IMG/VR virus record: IMGVR_UViG_3300026097_000980
Coordinates: 1-64,000 of that record
Direction: 5' to 3' (one strand)
Length of the DNA stretch: 64,000 nt
Origin: a virus
Positions 37,351 through 46,557 of this stretch are shown piece after piece (position 1 is the stretch's first letter; each line of letters opens with the position of its first letter). Position numbers and translations under genes: made by a program. Under the pieces are notes generated by a model. That model made no database searches. It worked only from the letters and a program-made list of their open reading frames with translations, and was not told where the DNA came from.

Positions 37351-37379
37351 ATTATAAAGCATATTTAACATATTTGCAA
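37351..37379 (-). promoter_or_regulatory. Sigma70-type promoter for the queD leader
   Basis: TTGCAA-17-TATAAT; predicted +1 at or near 37344. Confidence 0.7.
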
Positions 37380-37996
37380 TAGGTATTATTAAAATCTTGT
37401 ATAGGCATAAACTCGCTGTTGCGAAACTGCCATTCTTTTGGCATATTCCAACGAGGGTGATTGACTATAATAAATTTTTTAGATTTGTACAGTTTGATTA
37501 CTTTTGATATTTGATAAGTCCAGTAGCTAGGATCAACCGGTCTAGAACCTGGATCTGCATAATTTTTGGTTCCTTTGAATAGATTGTTAACTTTGCCTCT
37601 ATTACTGTAAAGATCAAACCCTAACAAAAATATTTCATCTGCATTTATTTCTTCTTGTGCCGCTAATAACACTGCATAAGGCCCACTACCCCAGTGAAAC
37701 GGATCGTCTGGACGTTTTGAAGGAGTATAAGGAACATCTGGTACAGTATGTATTCTTTTGTCTTTCATTACTTTTCTGTAATAATGATACCATCGGTCTC
37801 TGACATAAATTTTACTGTGTTCTGCATTTAAATGATCGATAGCTTCTTCGACCATTCTTTTGTCACAGCAAACTAGATGGTCTACATAATCGTATCTGAA
37901 TATTGCATTACAGCCTATTATGGTTTCGAAGTTTAAATCTGATAAAAGGATACCTGCGCGACTTTCGCCGTTTCCGGCTACAAGAATTTGATTCAC
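37352..37996 (-). CDS. Rossmann-like protein of the MptE / sialyltransferase-like group (GTG start)
   Basis: VAGNGESR, IGCNA, GSG..A, IFLLGFD; AGAGGA RBS. Confidence 0.55.
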   Translation of the reverse strand: MNQILVAGNGESRAGILLSDLNFETIIGCNAIFRYDYVDHLVCCDKRMVEEAIDHLNAEHSKIYVRDRWYHYYRKVMKDKRIHTVPDVPYTPSKRPDDPFHWGSGPYAVLLAAQEEINADEIFLLGFDLYSNRGKVNNLFKGTKNYADPGSRPVDPSYWTYQISKVIKLYKSKKFIIVNHPRWNMPKEWQFRNSEFMPIQDFNNTYCKYVKYAL

Positions 37997-37997
37997 A

Positions 37998-38873
37998 CTA
38001 TCCTCTTTCTTTAATTTCCCCGAACGGATACCAGCTTCCAGGAGTTCCAGCTCGTAGGCAAACCCATCCGACATTTCTTCCTACACTTGGATTTGCATTC
38101 CAGATAATGTCTCCGACTGTGTGCGTTCCTGTCTTAGGTGGTGCTTCAGCATATTTGTGTAAATGATTATGAATTCTAACAGGACCGTTAACGTGAAGAT
38201 CAACATCTGGGTCTGAATTTTTAACACCAATAGCAAGTTTTCCGTTTAGGTTAACCTTGATAGGATTAGTGTTAACATTTCCTAGCTGAATATCACCGTT
38301 TGCTGAAACAGAAATTCGCGGAGTGTCGTCTGTTACAATATGAAAATCCGAACTGGCAAATGTACCTACCATTCCTGATAGATCTTCGGAAGTACCTAAC
38401 ATAACTTCCACGCCCATTTCTGCAATAGAAAGAGCCGCGTTCGGTTCGTCTGTGCCTAGTCCTAATCTGTCAACGGATGCATTGTAAAACAAATATTGAT
38501 TGATGTTTAACCCGCCGTCGACTGTGAGTCCTTTTAATCTTCCTAGTTCTCTTAGATTACTTTTGGTAATGCTATTTCCTAAGCTATCTTCTGTAACAAC
38601 AGGAACATTATTAATGCTGTAGTGTCGATCTTTTGCTAGATCTAAGTTTTCTGTACTGAAGAATCTGTCAGGTTTTGCAGATAAAACTAACTGTTTAGTA
38701 TAACCGTCGCCACTAAACAATAAACCTTTTCCGTAGTTAGGTTGTTTCTTCTTGCTTTTGAATTCAAGATGATTAAGATCTGACCAAACTACATCTGTGG
38801 CTTCTTTGTTGACACTAAGCTCAGTGAGTGCCTGGGATATAATATCAATCGGATTAGGAGTTTCTTTGCTCAT
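37998..38873 (-). CDS. Putative virion fibre-like protein
   Basis: RLGLGT..P..AL, LAIGV..P..DLHVNG, GDIIWN..P...GWVC...G.PG.W; TATAAATA upstream. Confidence 0.55.
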   Translation of the reverse strand: MSKETPNPIDIISQALTELSVNKEATDVVWSDLNHLEFKSKKKQPNYGKGLLFSGDGYTKQLVLSAKPDRFFSTENLDLAKDRHYSINNVPVVTEDSLGNSITKSNLRELGRLKGLTVDGGLNINQYLFYNASVDRLGLGTDEPNAALSIAEMGVEVMLGTSEDLSGMVGTFASSDFHIVTDDTPRISVSANGDIQLGNVNTNPIKVNLNGKLAIGVKNSDPDVDLHVNGPVRIHNHLHKYAEAPPKTGTHTVGDIIWNANPSVGRNVGWVCLRAGTPGSWYPFGEIKERG

Positions 38874-38881
38874 ACTCTTAT

Positions 38882-40063
38882 TTATAAGACTTTGAGAAGA
38901 ATTGTGTCCTCATTTAATCTGCCAGTAAGCTTGATGTCCACAGCATTGATATCATCCATAAACTTACGAAGTGCTACCTTACCTGCTGATTTAAATTCTG
39001 CAAGTTTCTCTTCGGGTTTACGCAGAGTTTTTTGTATACTCAGTGTTTCGCTAAAGTTTGTAATACTGGTTCCTTTAACACCTAACTTTGCTCCCGTATT
39101 GTAAGGGTCGTCTACGACATATTTTCCAAGTTTACGTGTCTTTGTATTGTAGACCCATAGTTCATTCGCTGTAAGCACTTTTACAGGGTCTACGGATACC
39201 AATTTAAGCGGAGCGTGTTCCTTCATATACTTTAGCTTTTCTACAATTTTTTCTGCAGGTTTAGATCTACGGGCTTTTGGCTTGCGTTGTGCCTTCTGAG
39301 ATTCTTGTAGCATAGTACATGCAGAATCTATTTCTTCATAAAACGCAATAATGTTTTTGATTGCTTTTTTGCTTAAATGTGCATATGCTTCTTTTAACTG
39401 TTCGTCGGCACCTGCAAGCACTTCTCGCATTTCTTCCAACTCGGGAAGGTGCATATCTTTGATTAGTCTTGCATGACCCGCCTTGGCTTCTGCTTTTGTT
39501 AGTATAGTTTTCGCAGAAAACTTCTTTACGTCATAATTTTCAGGATCTGCAAACAGTTTTTCTGCTTCAGTATCTAACCCATAATTCATACTGACAGCAG
39601 TTTCCCAAGTGCGTTGCTGAATAGTTTTTACAGGTGCTTCTGGCTTTGCTTCTTCAGCTTCTATAATTTTCTCACCTTTTGCAATAGCCGCGTCGACTAA
39701 ATTCTTTAGACTTTCGCTTACTGGTTTTACTGTTCCATTAGTGCCGTCGAGTGCTTCCCAATATTCTTTGTGACCAGGATGAATATCAGGCATTCCCACA
39801 TTTAAGCATTTTGCTAACACACCCGCATAATGAAGTCCGTCTGTGCCTTGGCTACGAACCGCTTTAATATCTTCCTTGGTGTACCCATTGTCTTTCATCC
39901 AGTCGTATACATCAGGCATGAGATCGGAAGCTTTTTTCTCAATACGATAATAATCCAATGCTTGTTGTCTTACACGATTATATTCTTCACCGCTTAGTTC
40001 TAGTGCGTTCTGAAACTTAGGCAACGATGTAGTTTGTTTTTTGGGGCGTGTCTTAGTGGTCAT
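38882..40063 (-). CDS. Hypothetical phage protein
   Basis: 393-aa ORF; LWVYNTKTRKL...S.QKTLRKP; TTGACT-17-TATAAA upstream. Confidence 0.7.
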   Translation of the reverse strand: MTTKTRPKKQTTSLPKFQNALELSGEEYNRVRQQALDYYRIEKKASDLMPDVYDWMKDNGYTKEDIKAVRSQGTDGLHYAGVLAKCLNVGMPDIHPGHKEYWEALDGTNGTVKPVSESLKNLVDAAIAKGEKIIEAEEAKPEAPVKTIQQRTWETAVSMNYGLDTEAEKLFADPENYDVKKFSAKTILTKAEAKAGHARLIKDMHLPELEEMREVLAGADEQLKEAYAHLSKKAIKNIIAFYEEIDSACTMLQESQKAQRKPKARRSKPAEKIVEKLKYMKEHAPLKLVSVDPVKVLTANELWVYNTKTRKLGKYVVDDPYNTGAKLGVKGTSITNFSETLSIQKTLRKPEEKLAEFKSAGKVALRKFMDDINAVDIKLTGRLNEDTILLKVL

Positions 40064-40113
40064 TTCTATTCCTGTTTAAAAACTATATAGCATTTATACT
40101 TGGAAGAATAATA

Positions 40114-40749
40114 TTAGTCAAGTACTTTGACATAATTTAGTTGAGTAGTACCATCTGCTCGTCGATTTTTGACTTTGCCCTTAACAGAATACGGCATGCC
40201 GTTCTCTAGACTTTCGCGATACCAAAAGTCCATGATCTTGTTTTCTGTGCGAGCCGTAATGCGGAACTTGTCATAGTAAACTGAATAGCGACAGGCTTCG
40301 ACAATAATCTCTCCGCGGAAGTTGTCTGTTTCAACTACAGTAGACGCTCGCTTCTTCTGGTCAATCTCACGCTTCTCTTGATCCACGCGATAAACTTTAG
40401 GAAGACAACTAACAATACTGCATTCGTATTGTGTTCTGTATGAGATTTCATCGTTGGAAATAACTGTCAACACAGTTTGCTGAAAGTCGTTGAGTTTGCC
40501 CGCAAGCTGAAGCATTACATAGCCGCGGAAGTGTGTGAGCATTTCTTTAGCGGTGGTACGATCAGTATCAGTGACTGTGAGTGGATCAACGCCACGACAG
40601 TGATCCATAACCATATACTTGTTTGCTCTGCGTAATAATTTATGTTCAGAGGCGTCGCCATACTCGGGATGCTTAACATAGCCACCGTTGACGCGATCAG
40701 CGGCGATTGCTACAGCCAGTGCTTCGAGTGTTGGAAAAGTTTGTGACAT
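40114..40749 (-). CDS. Hypothetical early protein (possible C-terminal OB-like fold)
   Basis: GGAG RBS; TTGACA-17-TAACAT at 40782-40810; KGKVK...TQLNYVK terminus. Confidence 0.6.
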   Translation of the reverse strand: MSQTFPTLEALAVAIAADRVNGGYVKHPEYGDASEHKLLRRANKYMVMDHCRGVDPLTVTDTDRTTAKEMLTHFRGYVMLQLAGKLNDFQQTVLTVISNDEISYRTQYECSIVSCLPKVYRVDQEKREIDQKKRASTVVETDNFRGEIIVEACRYSVYYDKFRITARTENKIMDFWYRESLENGMPYSVKGKVKNRRADGTTQLNYVKVLD

Positions 40750-40784
40750 TGTTCGCTCCAATGGTTAACCTAACTTTTATTATG

Positions 40785-41534
40785 TTAACTTCTATGGGAG
40801 TATTTGTCAACCAAAACAGAATTAGACTCTATATGATCGGCAAGATATTGAGCCAAAAACAATTGTCCGTCGTGATTAAAATGTTTGCAATATCCTTTGT
40901 TGAATCCGTTACTTTCTAAAAAGTCGCAAGAGTTTTGATCGTCCCCAAAAGAAATCCAACGGCGATTGTTTAGTTGTTTTCCGTATGTTGATTCGAAATT
41001 AATGTTATCTAACGCACAAAAGAAGTAATAATCAATGCCGCGATCTTTTAAAAAACTTTCAAACATAATTAATTGCTGTTGAAATATTTCTTTTTCAAAA
41101 TCGTAACAATGGGAATATTTGTAATACAGCGTCATGAAGTCTTTGAGTGATTTCTGTTGTGTGTCCCCATCGTGCGGGTTCGTAGCCAATACCCAATGTC
41201 CGAATTTTTTCTCGGTGCCAGACACACCACCTCCCAGAAGACCTTTTGGTGTTCTATCAAAGAAACTGTGATGCCAGGTAAATTCGTTTCTAGTGTGTGT
41301 AGTCCAAGCAATAATAACAGGACCTGAAAATTTAGGATTGTTTATAAGATATTCTAGTGTTGTTCGGATAATTCTTTTATTACTGGCTCCGCCAAGACTT
41401 AAATTAATAACCTTTTTTGCGTTAAGAATATTTCCTAGTTTTGATGCCCAAGATCTTTTTAGTTTACTAGATCGAAACCAATCGTTTTCGTAATCGCCGG
41501 CGGTATGAGAACACCCATTTACTAAAAGATTCAT
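40785..41534 (-). CDS. SGNH/GDSL-like protein
   Basis: NGCSHT, NLS.GG.SN, C-terminal HF..G. Confidence 0.65.
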   Translation of the reverse strand: MNLLVNGCSHTAGDYENDWFRSSKLKRSWASKLGNILNAKKVINLSLGGASNKRIIRTTLEYLINNPKFSGPVIIAWTTHTRNEFTWHHSFFDRTPKGLLGGGVSGTEKKFGHWVLATNPHDGDTQQKSLKDFMTLYYKYSHCYDFEKEIFQQQLIMFESFLKDRGIDYYFFCALDNINFESTYGKQLNNRRWISFGDDQNSCDFLESNGFNKGYCKHFNHDGQLFLAQYLADHIESNSVLVDKYSHRS

Positions 41535-41605
41535 TGCGTTCTGCTTTCTAAACGGCTGGAAATATTTTTTAGCATACTAACTCCTACCTTCTTGCCGAAT
41601 ATATT

Positions 41606-42835
41606 TTAAGCCGCTTTAGCTTCAACGTCTCGCTCGTAGATAACTGTTTGTCCGAAAGGCGACTGTGCATGTTCGTTGCCTTTTACAATAAACAGTGTAT
41701 CGCAATAGTCTTCGTCACCCCACTCTCCCCACGGGTATCCGTCAGTGAACATAATCAGCTTCTTAGGCTGGATGTCATTTTCTTTCATGTATTCCCAATT
41801 TACCATGAAGTCGGTGCCGCCACCGCCCATAGGTTCGTAGTTCAACATGTCGTCACCGTCATCGTGGCTGAAACTCTGATGATTGTACACTTCGGTGTCG
41901 AAGCACCAGATGTCAACTTTATAGTCTTCATACTGATCCATGATGCCTTTGATCTCTGACAAGAATGTGGTAGCATCCGCATCTGAAATGGAACCTGACA
42001 TATCAATAGCAACACAAACGTCGATAGTTTCGTCGTTTCGCATGCCTGGTAAAATTGCACCAGTGTGCCAACTTTTCCGATTAGGAAAACTGAAAGAATA
42101 GTCGTTGCGAATAATGCTTTGAATATTCATACGTAACACTTCACGCCAATCCATTTTCGGTTCAGTTAGATCTTTAATCATGCGCTGAATTTGTCCAGGT
42201 ACTTTTCCAGCACCTGCCGCCTGAGCACTTTGAATCATTGCTTCCTTGATTTCATCGCGGATTTGTTGCGCTTCTTCTTTAGAAATTGCTGGGCGACCCT
42301 TACCGTCTTTTCCTTCATTTTTTCCTTTACCGTTATCACTTTCTGTTTCACCTTCTTTAAGGTGTTCGTCCAGGACATCTCCTAACTGCTCTAACAGTTC
42401 TTCCATTGAAATTTTTTCAGCTTGTTCGAATAGATCGTCGTAGATTTCTTCCCAAGCCCAGCCGCGATATTTATGATCTTGGCAGATTTCAACTTCGGTG
42501 ATTTTGTCTCCGATTTTTTCATCTACAAGAATTTGATTCACAGCGTAATCTTGTGCAATATTGCTTAACATACGATCACGTGATCCTACACGCGAAATAT
42601 GATCAAAAATGCAATGACAAATTTCGTGACCAAATAGGAATTCTAATTTTTTTACAGATAGTTTTTCGACAAACTCTGTACTATAATAAAAATTACGACC
42701 GTCTGTAGCGGCAGTCGGACACCAATCGGAACTTTCAATCAGCTTCATCCGTGTTGCCATATTACCAAAAAATGGAGCTTTTAATAAAAGACCAACGCGA
42801 GCAGTTGTAAGTTTTTCAATGATAGGATCTTGCAT
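41606..42835 (-). CDS. HExxH metallopeptidase-like + VWA domain protein
   Basis: TAATDG, HEICH, MIDAS DMSGS, GGGTDF, FTDG. Confidence 0.88.
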   Translation of the reverse strand: MQDPIIEKLTTARVGLLLKAPFFGNMATRMKLIESSDWCPTAATDGRNFYYSTEFVEKLSVKKLEFLFGHEICHCIFDHISRVGSRDRMLSNIAQDYAVNQILVDEKIGDKITEVEICQDHKYRGWAWEEIYDDLFEQAEKISMEELLEQLGDVLDEHLKEGETESDNGKGKNEGKDGKGRPAISKEEAQQIRDEIKEAMIQSAQAAGAGKVPGQIQRMIKDLTEPKMDWREVLRMNIQSIIRNDYSFSFPNRKSWHTGAILPGMRNDETIDVCVAIDMSGSISDADATTFLSEIKGIMDQYEDYKVDIWCFDTEVYNHQSFSHDDGDDMLNYEPMGGGGTDFMVNWEYMKENDIQPKKLIMFTDGYPWGEWGDEDYCDTLFIVKGNEHAQSPFGQTVIYERDVEAKAA

Positions 42836-42865
42836 GAATTCCCCCTAATTTCACACTATACATAT

Positions 42866-42894
42866 AGTATATATTCGCTGTTTATATTTGTCAA
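42866..42894 (-). promoter_or_regulatory. Sigma70-type promoter for VWA gene
   Basis: TTGACA-17-TATACT. Confidence 0.75.
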
Positions 42895-42896
42895 TC

Positions 42897-42924
42897 AAAA
42901 GAATGGCGGGCGCGATGCCCGCCA
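42897..42924 (-). terminator. Intrinsic terminator after the MoxR-like gene
   Basis: UGGCGGGC..GCCCGCCA stem then UUCUUUU. Confidence 0.8.
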
Positions 42925-42945
42925 CTTGAGCAAGGAGCAGGGGGT

Positions 42946-44019
42946 TTACTCCATTGCGCTCAAGACATACTTGCCAAAACGCTCGTGGAACTCGTCAAAG
43001 CTTTTTAACTTCGATGCGTCGAGCGGCAAATTATAGTTAGTGAGTGCAGTTTTTGCCCCCATTACCACAAGTTCTGTAGGAAAGTTATCCATCATATAAC
43101 GGAAGAAGTTATCAGCCATGTCATTCCAGCCTTTAACTTCTTTATCTGCACGATCTTTAAGCTCGTAGCACAAAGATACCGTTAGCGAATACATTGCAGA
43201 AATTTCACTAACTTTTAAGTCTTTGGTTTTTCCGTCCAGGATATCATCCGGCTTTGGTAGCTTGCTGGCGACTTTTCGATGCGCCATAAACTTCACAGCA
43301 AGTCCGTCTCCGATCGCACCTGAAACTAACGTAGTTAGTGTTTCGTTGTCAACTTCTTCATCTTGCAGAAGATCGCTGACAAAGCTCCACGAACGTGGTG
43401 TAGCAAAACTCTTGCTAGAACCTTTTGGATCGAAGTCGTACAGGTCTTGTTTAGCAAAACCTACATAACCAACAACTTCTGGATGAACATTATTTAGAGT
43501 AGCCCAATCCTGCCAATCTTCAAAATCCACTTTCATTTCAACGTGAACGAATCGGTTAGCCAACGGTGCTGGCATGCGGAATGTTACGCCTTTATCGCCA
43601 TCGCGGTTGCCTGCCGCAACAATGTCAACTCCGTCGGGCAGTTTATATGTGCCAACTCGGCGGTTAAGGATCAGCTGATATGCCGCCGCTTGTACAGCAG
43701 GTGGCGCTGAGTTTAACTCGTCTAAGAAAATAATAGCAGTGCTATTCGGATCAGTAGGAAGTTCCGCAGGCGGAGCCCAAGTCATTGTGTTTGCGTTTGA
43801 ATCAAAGTATGGAATACCTTTGATGTCTGTTGGCTCCCAAAGTGCAAGGCGAACATCGATTACTTCACGCCCGGTATTATCACCGATTTGTGCCACAATC
43901 TCTGACTTGCCAATGCCCGGCGGTCCCCAAAGGAACACTGGACGGCGAACTTTAATTGCAAAATGAATTGCTTTCATTGTAGCTTTAGGACCAACTTGTC
44001 GAATATTTGCGTCTGACAT
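42946..44019 (-). CDS. MoxR-like AAA+ ATPase
   Basis: GPPGIGKS, FLDELN, AAGN, LANRF, TPRSW; adjacent VWA partner. Confidence 0.88.
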   Translation of the reverse strand: MSDANIRQVGPKATMKAIHFAIKVRRPVFLWGPPGIGKSEIVAQIGDNTGREVIDVRLALWEPTDIKGIPYFDSNANTMTWAPPAELPTDPNSTAIIFLDELNSAPPAVQAAAYQLILNRRVGTYKLPDGVDIVAAGNRDGDKGVTFRMPAPLANRFVHVEMKVDFEDWQDWATLNNVHPEVVGYVGFAKQDLYDFDPKGSSKSFATPRSWSFVSDLLQDEEVDNETLTTLVSGAIGDGLAVKFMAHRKVASKLPKPDDILDGKTKDLKVSEISAMYSLTVSLCYELKDRADKEVKGWNDMADNFFRYMMDNFPTELVVMGAKTALTNYNLPLDASKLKSFDEFHERFGKYVLSAME

Positions 44020-44048
44020 AAAACCCCCTTTGTTGTCAACGTTCTATT

Positions 44049-44077
44049 ATAATAGTGTCATTGATCTTCGTTGTCAA
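44049..44077 (-). promoter_or_regulatory. Sigma70-type promoter for AAA gene
   Basis: TTGACA-17-TATTAT. Confidence 0.7.
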
Positions 44078-44558
44078 CCACTATCCAGCCAATTTTCTTT
44101 AGATCTTCTCGAATTTCGTCAGTGACTACACTTTCGGCAACATAACCGATCTTTGTGCCACCGTCTTCTACCGGATCACTCATTATTCCTGAGCAATACC
44201 AATCTATATAGTCGCCCTCGCCTCTAATCTCTGCGACAATGCCTCCTGCACTGCGCCACGAACAACTCCATGTTTGATTTTTTAAGATAGGAATTACATC
44301 TAATTTTTGAAATTCGTTATTACAAAAAGCCGCATATAGATTCTGTGCATATAACGTAGAAGTCTGCACCTTGTCGGTGAACCATTCTGCGGTCATTATA
44401 TCCCACTCGAGATTGTTTTCACGCTGAGCGTCGTTATCAAAACGATGCTGGTGTAGATTGTCAAACCCTTCATACATTTTTATGTGATCCGGATTAGGGT
44501 CCTCGCCACTGCGTTCACAGCGATTGAGATATCGTTGTAGATTAGTTTTTCCAGACAT
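44058..44558 (-). CDS. Hypothetical phage protein (start MSGKTN)
   Basis: YAQNLYAA.CNN, WSCSWR.AGGIVA, GDYIDWYCSG. Confidence 0.65.
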   Translation of the reverse strand: MSGKTNLQRYLNRCERSGEDPNPDHIKMYEGFDNLHQHRFDNDAQRENNLEWDIMTAEWFTDKVQTSTLYAQNLYAAFCNNEFQKLDVIPILKNQTWSCSWRSAGGIVAEIRGEGDYIDWYCSGIMSDPVEDGGTKIGYVAESVVTDEIREDLKKIGWIVVDNEDQ

Positions 44559-45276
44559 CGGCGAAGTATCCTTTACCGTTGGTGTCTCCACCCCAGTTGT
44601 CAACTTCTTCGCCGTCGTATTCGATAGAAGTCACAGTGTCTTCTCCGTTAAGGTATTCAACTACATAGATCTTTAGTTTGCGTGGATCAAAAGCACCTGT
44701 AGTATGTACAACACCTTCGAAGAAACATCCTTTTTCTGATGAATACATTTGAGCGATGTATTCTGCTTCAGGGTGTTCGTCGCAACAACTGTATTCGTTG
44801 ATCTCAGTGTATTCCTCACCGCTTTCTTCGTACACACGATCGACAAGCTCTTGTAGATCCTCATTGGCAATGACTTCTTCTAGTACCGACCCGCCATATT
44901 CGTCGTCCTCTACTTCTTCTACGGTGATGTATGCGTAATCATAATTTACACCATATGTATGCTCAAATTCTGTAGGAGCTTCGTACCAAGGACTGTGGAG
45001 AACTTCATCGCCATCTTCCCATTTTAGGAAATCTGCTTCAGGTGGAACATCTTCAATTTCATCAAAGTCGAAGTCACCATCTTCAGCACTTACCATATAG
45101 TGTACGAGATCGCCGTCACCGTTTTCTTCTTTTACAGCCTTCCAAAAGTCATGTGCTTCCTTGCTGATACTCATGTAGGCTCCTTCGCCGCCATACCCAC
45201 TAATCGAAATACGATAGTATCGATCCGGACGCTTGATTGCGTCTACCAGTTCTTCTTTTTCTTGATCAGTTGCCAT
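44542..45276 (-). CDS. Highly acidic hypothetical protein
   Basis: D/E-rich 244 aa; GYGGE; SSEKG.FF. Confidence 0.65.
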   Translation of the reverse strand: MATDQEKEELVDAIKRPDRYYRISISGYGGEGAYMSISKEAHDFWKAVKEENGDGDLVHYMVSAEDGDFDFDEIEDVPPEADFLKWEDGDEVLHSPWYEAPTEFEHTYGVNYDYAYITVEEVEDDEYGGSVLEEVIANEDLQELVDRVYEESGEEYTEINEYSCCDEHPEAEYIAQMYSSEKGCFFEGVVHTTGAFDPRKLKIYVVEYLNGEDTVTSIEYDGEEVDNWGGDTNGKGYFADVWKN

Positions 45277-45475
45277 TTTTTATTTCCTCTTTATAGACGC
45301 GGCGTAGCCACCATTTGTATTTGTTAAAATAAATTCCTAGATCGTAGTCACAAGGCTTACCTGTGTAATCGTATACTTCACTTTTATGCTCTAACCACTT
45401 GTTATTCAACCAGGCACGAAAACCTTTTACCGTTTTCATATAATCTCCCGCAGTAGTAAATTTAAGATCGTTCAT
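45266..45475 (-). CDS. Small hypothetical protein
   Basis: GGAG RBS before MNDLKF. Confidence 0.55.
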   Translation of the reverse strand: MNDLKFTTAGDYMKTVKGFRAWLNNKWLEHKSEVYDYTGKPCDYDLGIYFNKYKWWLRRVYKEEIKNGN

Positions 45476-45477
45476 TG

Positions 45478-46182
45478 TTAACTCCACAACGATGTGTAGT
45501 ATTTGCCAAACAAGCGGAAACCGTTCTGCTTGCGATCCATGTAGGCTTGCCAACCTTCGCGATCCCACTCGCTGGTATCGTTAGGGCCGCGATCCATTCG
45601 AAAGTATTTGGCATCTTCTTCAGCAACTTCATTACTGTCTTCGTCAACAGGTGTCCACTCTATATCGTGTGTACCACTCCAGAACTTGCCTTCTGCTTCG
45701 TCATAATCTTTTGTGTGTTCTGAGAACGCCCAAATCATTTCGTCTAATACCCAATCCCAACGCTTGAAGAACAGCGCATCGGTGGTGCCATCTGTCTTAT
45801 ACTGTTCTACTTCCAGTTTGCCCGGTCGCAGATTTTCTGGCACATCTTCTGGATCAACATTGGGAGCACCCTGCTTATTGCGTTTGAGATCTATCAGCAT
45901 TGGCAATACGATGTGTGCCAGTGTGTCGTCAGCGTTCCAAGTATCCCACGGATCAAGTTTTACGTTTACACGGCGACGGTCCTGCCAACTTTGATACTGT
46001 TGAGCCAACCATATATGACCGCGGCCCAACCAAGTATCCGCATACCATTCTCCGGCATTGTGGACCCACTCTGGACTATCTGGCAATCCATATTCATCTT
46101 CGGTTTTTGCCCAGAAGAAAATCTTTTCCATTAACTGATATGGCCCAAACCAGGTTGGATATTTTTTAATCTTTACTTTCAT
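45478..46182 (-). CDS. Hypothetical Trp-rich phage protein
   Basis: WDTWN.D.TLA.IVLPML...RWDWVLDEMIWAF...GF.LFGKYY. Confidence 0.7.
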   Translation of the reverse strand: MKVKIKKYPTWFGPYQLMEKIFFWAKTEDEYGLPDSPEWVHNAGEWYADTWLGRGHIWLAQQYQSWQDRRRVNVKLDPWDTWNADDTLAHIVLPMLIDLKRNKQGAPNVDPEDVPENLRPGKLEVEQYKTDGTTDALFFKRWDWVLDEMIWAFSEHTKDYDEAEGKFWSGTHDIEWTPVDEDSNEVAEEDAKYFRMDRGPNDTSEWDREGWQAYMDRKQNGFRLFGKYYTSLWS

Positions 46183-46414
46183 TTGATTGTATCCAGTCTT
46201 TAAATTCTACACAGAATTCTTTGCCGTGTAAATCATTTTCAAAATAAAATGTGTGTTGATAAACATCCGTATAAGATTCCATGCTCCACTGCCACCTTTC
46301 GCAGTGTTTCCTGCACCAATCTTTACATTGTATGTCCAAGTCACTGTGAATGTCAACCTGATATGCATGTGGTTTCCAGCGATTTTTGTATTCAAAAATT
46401 TCCTGAGGCGTCAT
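46166..46414 (-). CDS. Small hypothetical protein
   Basis: 82-aa ORF coupled to neighbours. Confidence 0.6.
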   Translation of the reverse strand: MTPQEIFEYKNRWKPHAYQVDIHSDLDIQCKDWCRKHCERWQWSMESYTDVYQHTFYFENDLHGKEFCVEFKDWIQSNESKD

Positions 46415-46557
46415 GTTTTTTCCTGCAATTCGGATATATCTACAGTTTCATCTTTATTGTTCATTTGAAGATTCTGTACTTGTTCTTCAAGTTTTACAAC
46501 TTTTTGTTGCAATTTACGGATCATTTCTCTAAGTTTAAAATAATCTTGATCAGACAT
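46411..46557 (-). CDS. Small coiled-coil protein (start MSDQDY)
   Basis: GAGGAG RBS; overlaps thyX stop. Confidence 0.5.
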   Translation of the reverse strand: MSDQDYFKLREMIRKLQQKVVKLEEQVQNLQMNNKDETVDISELQEKT

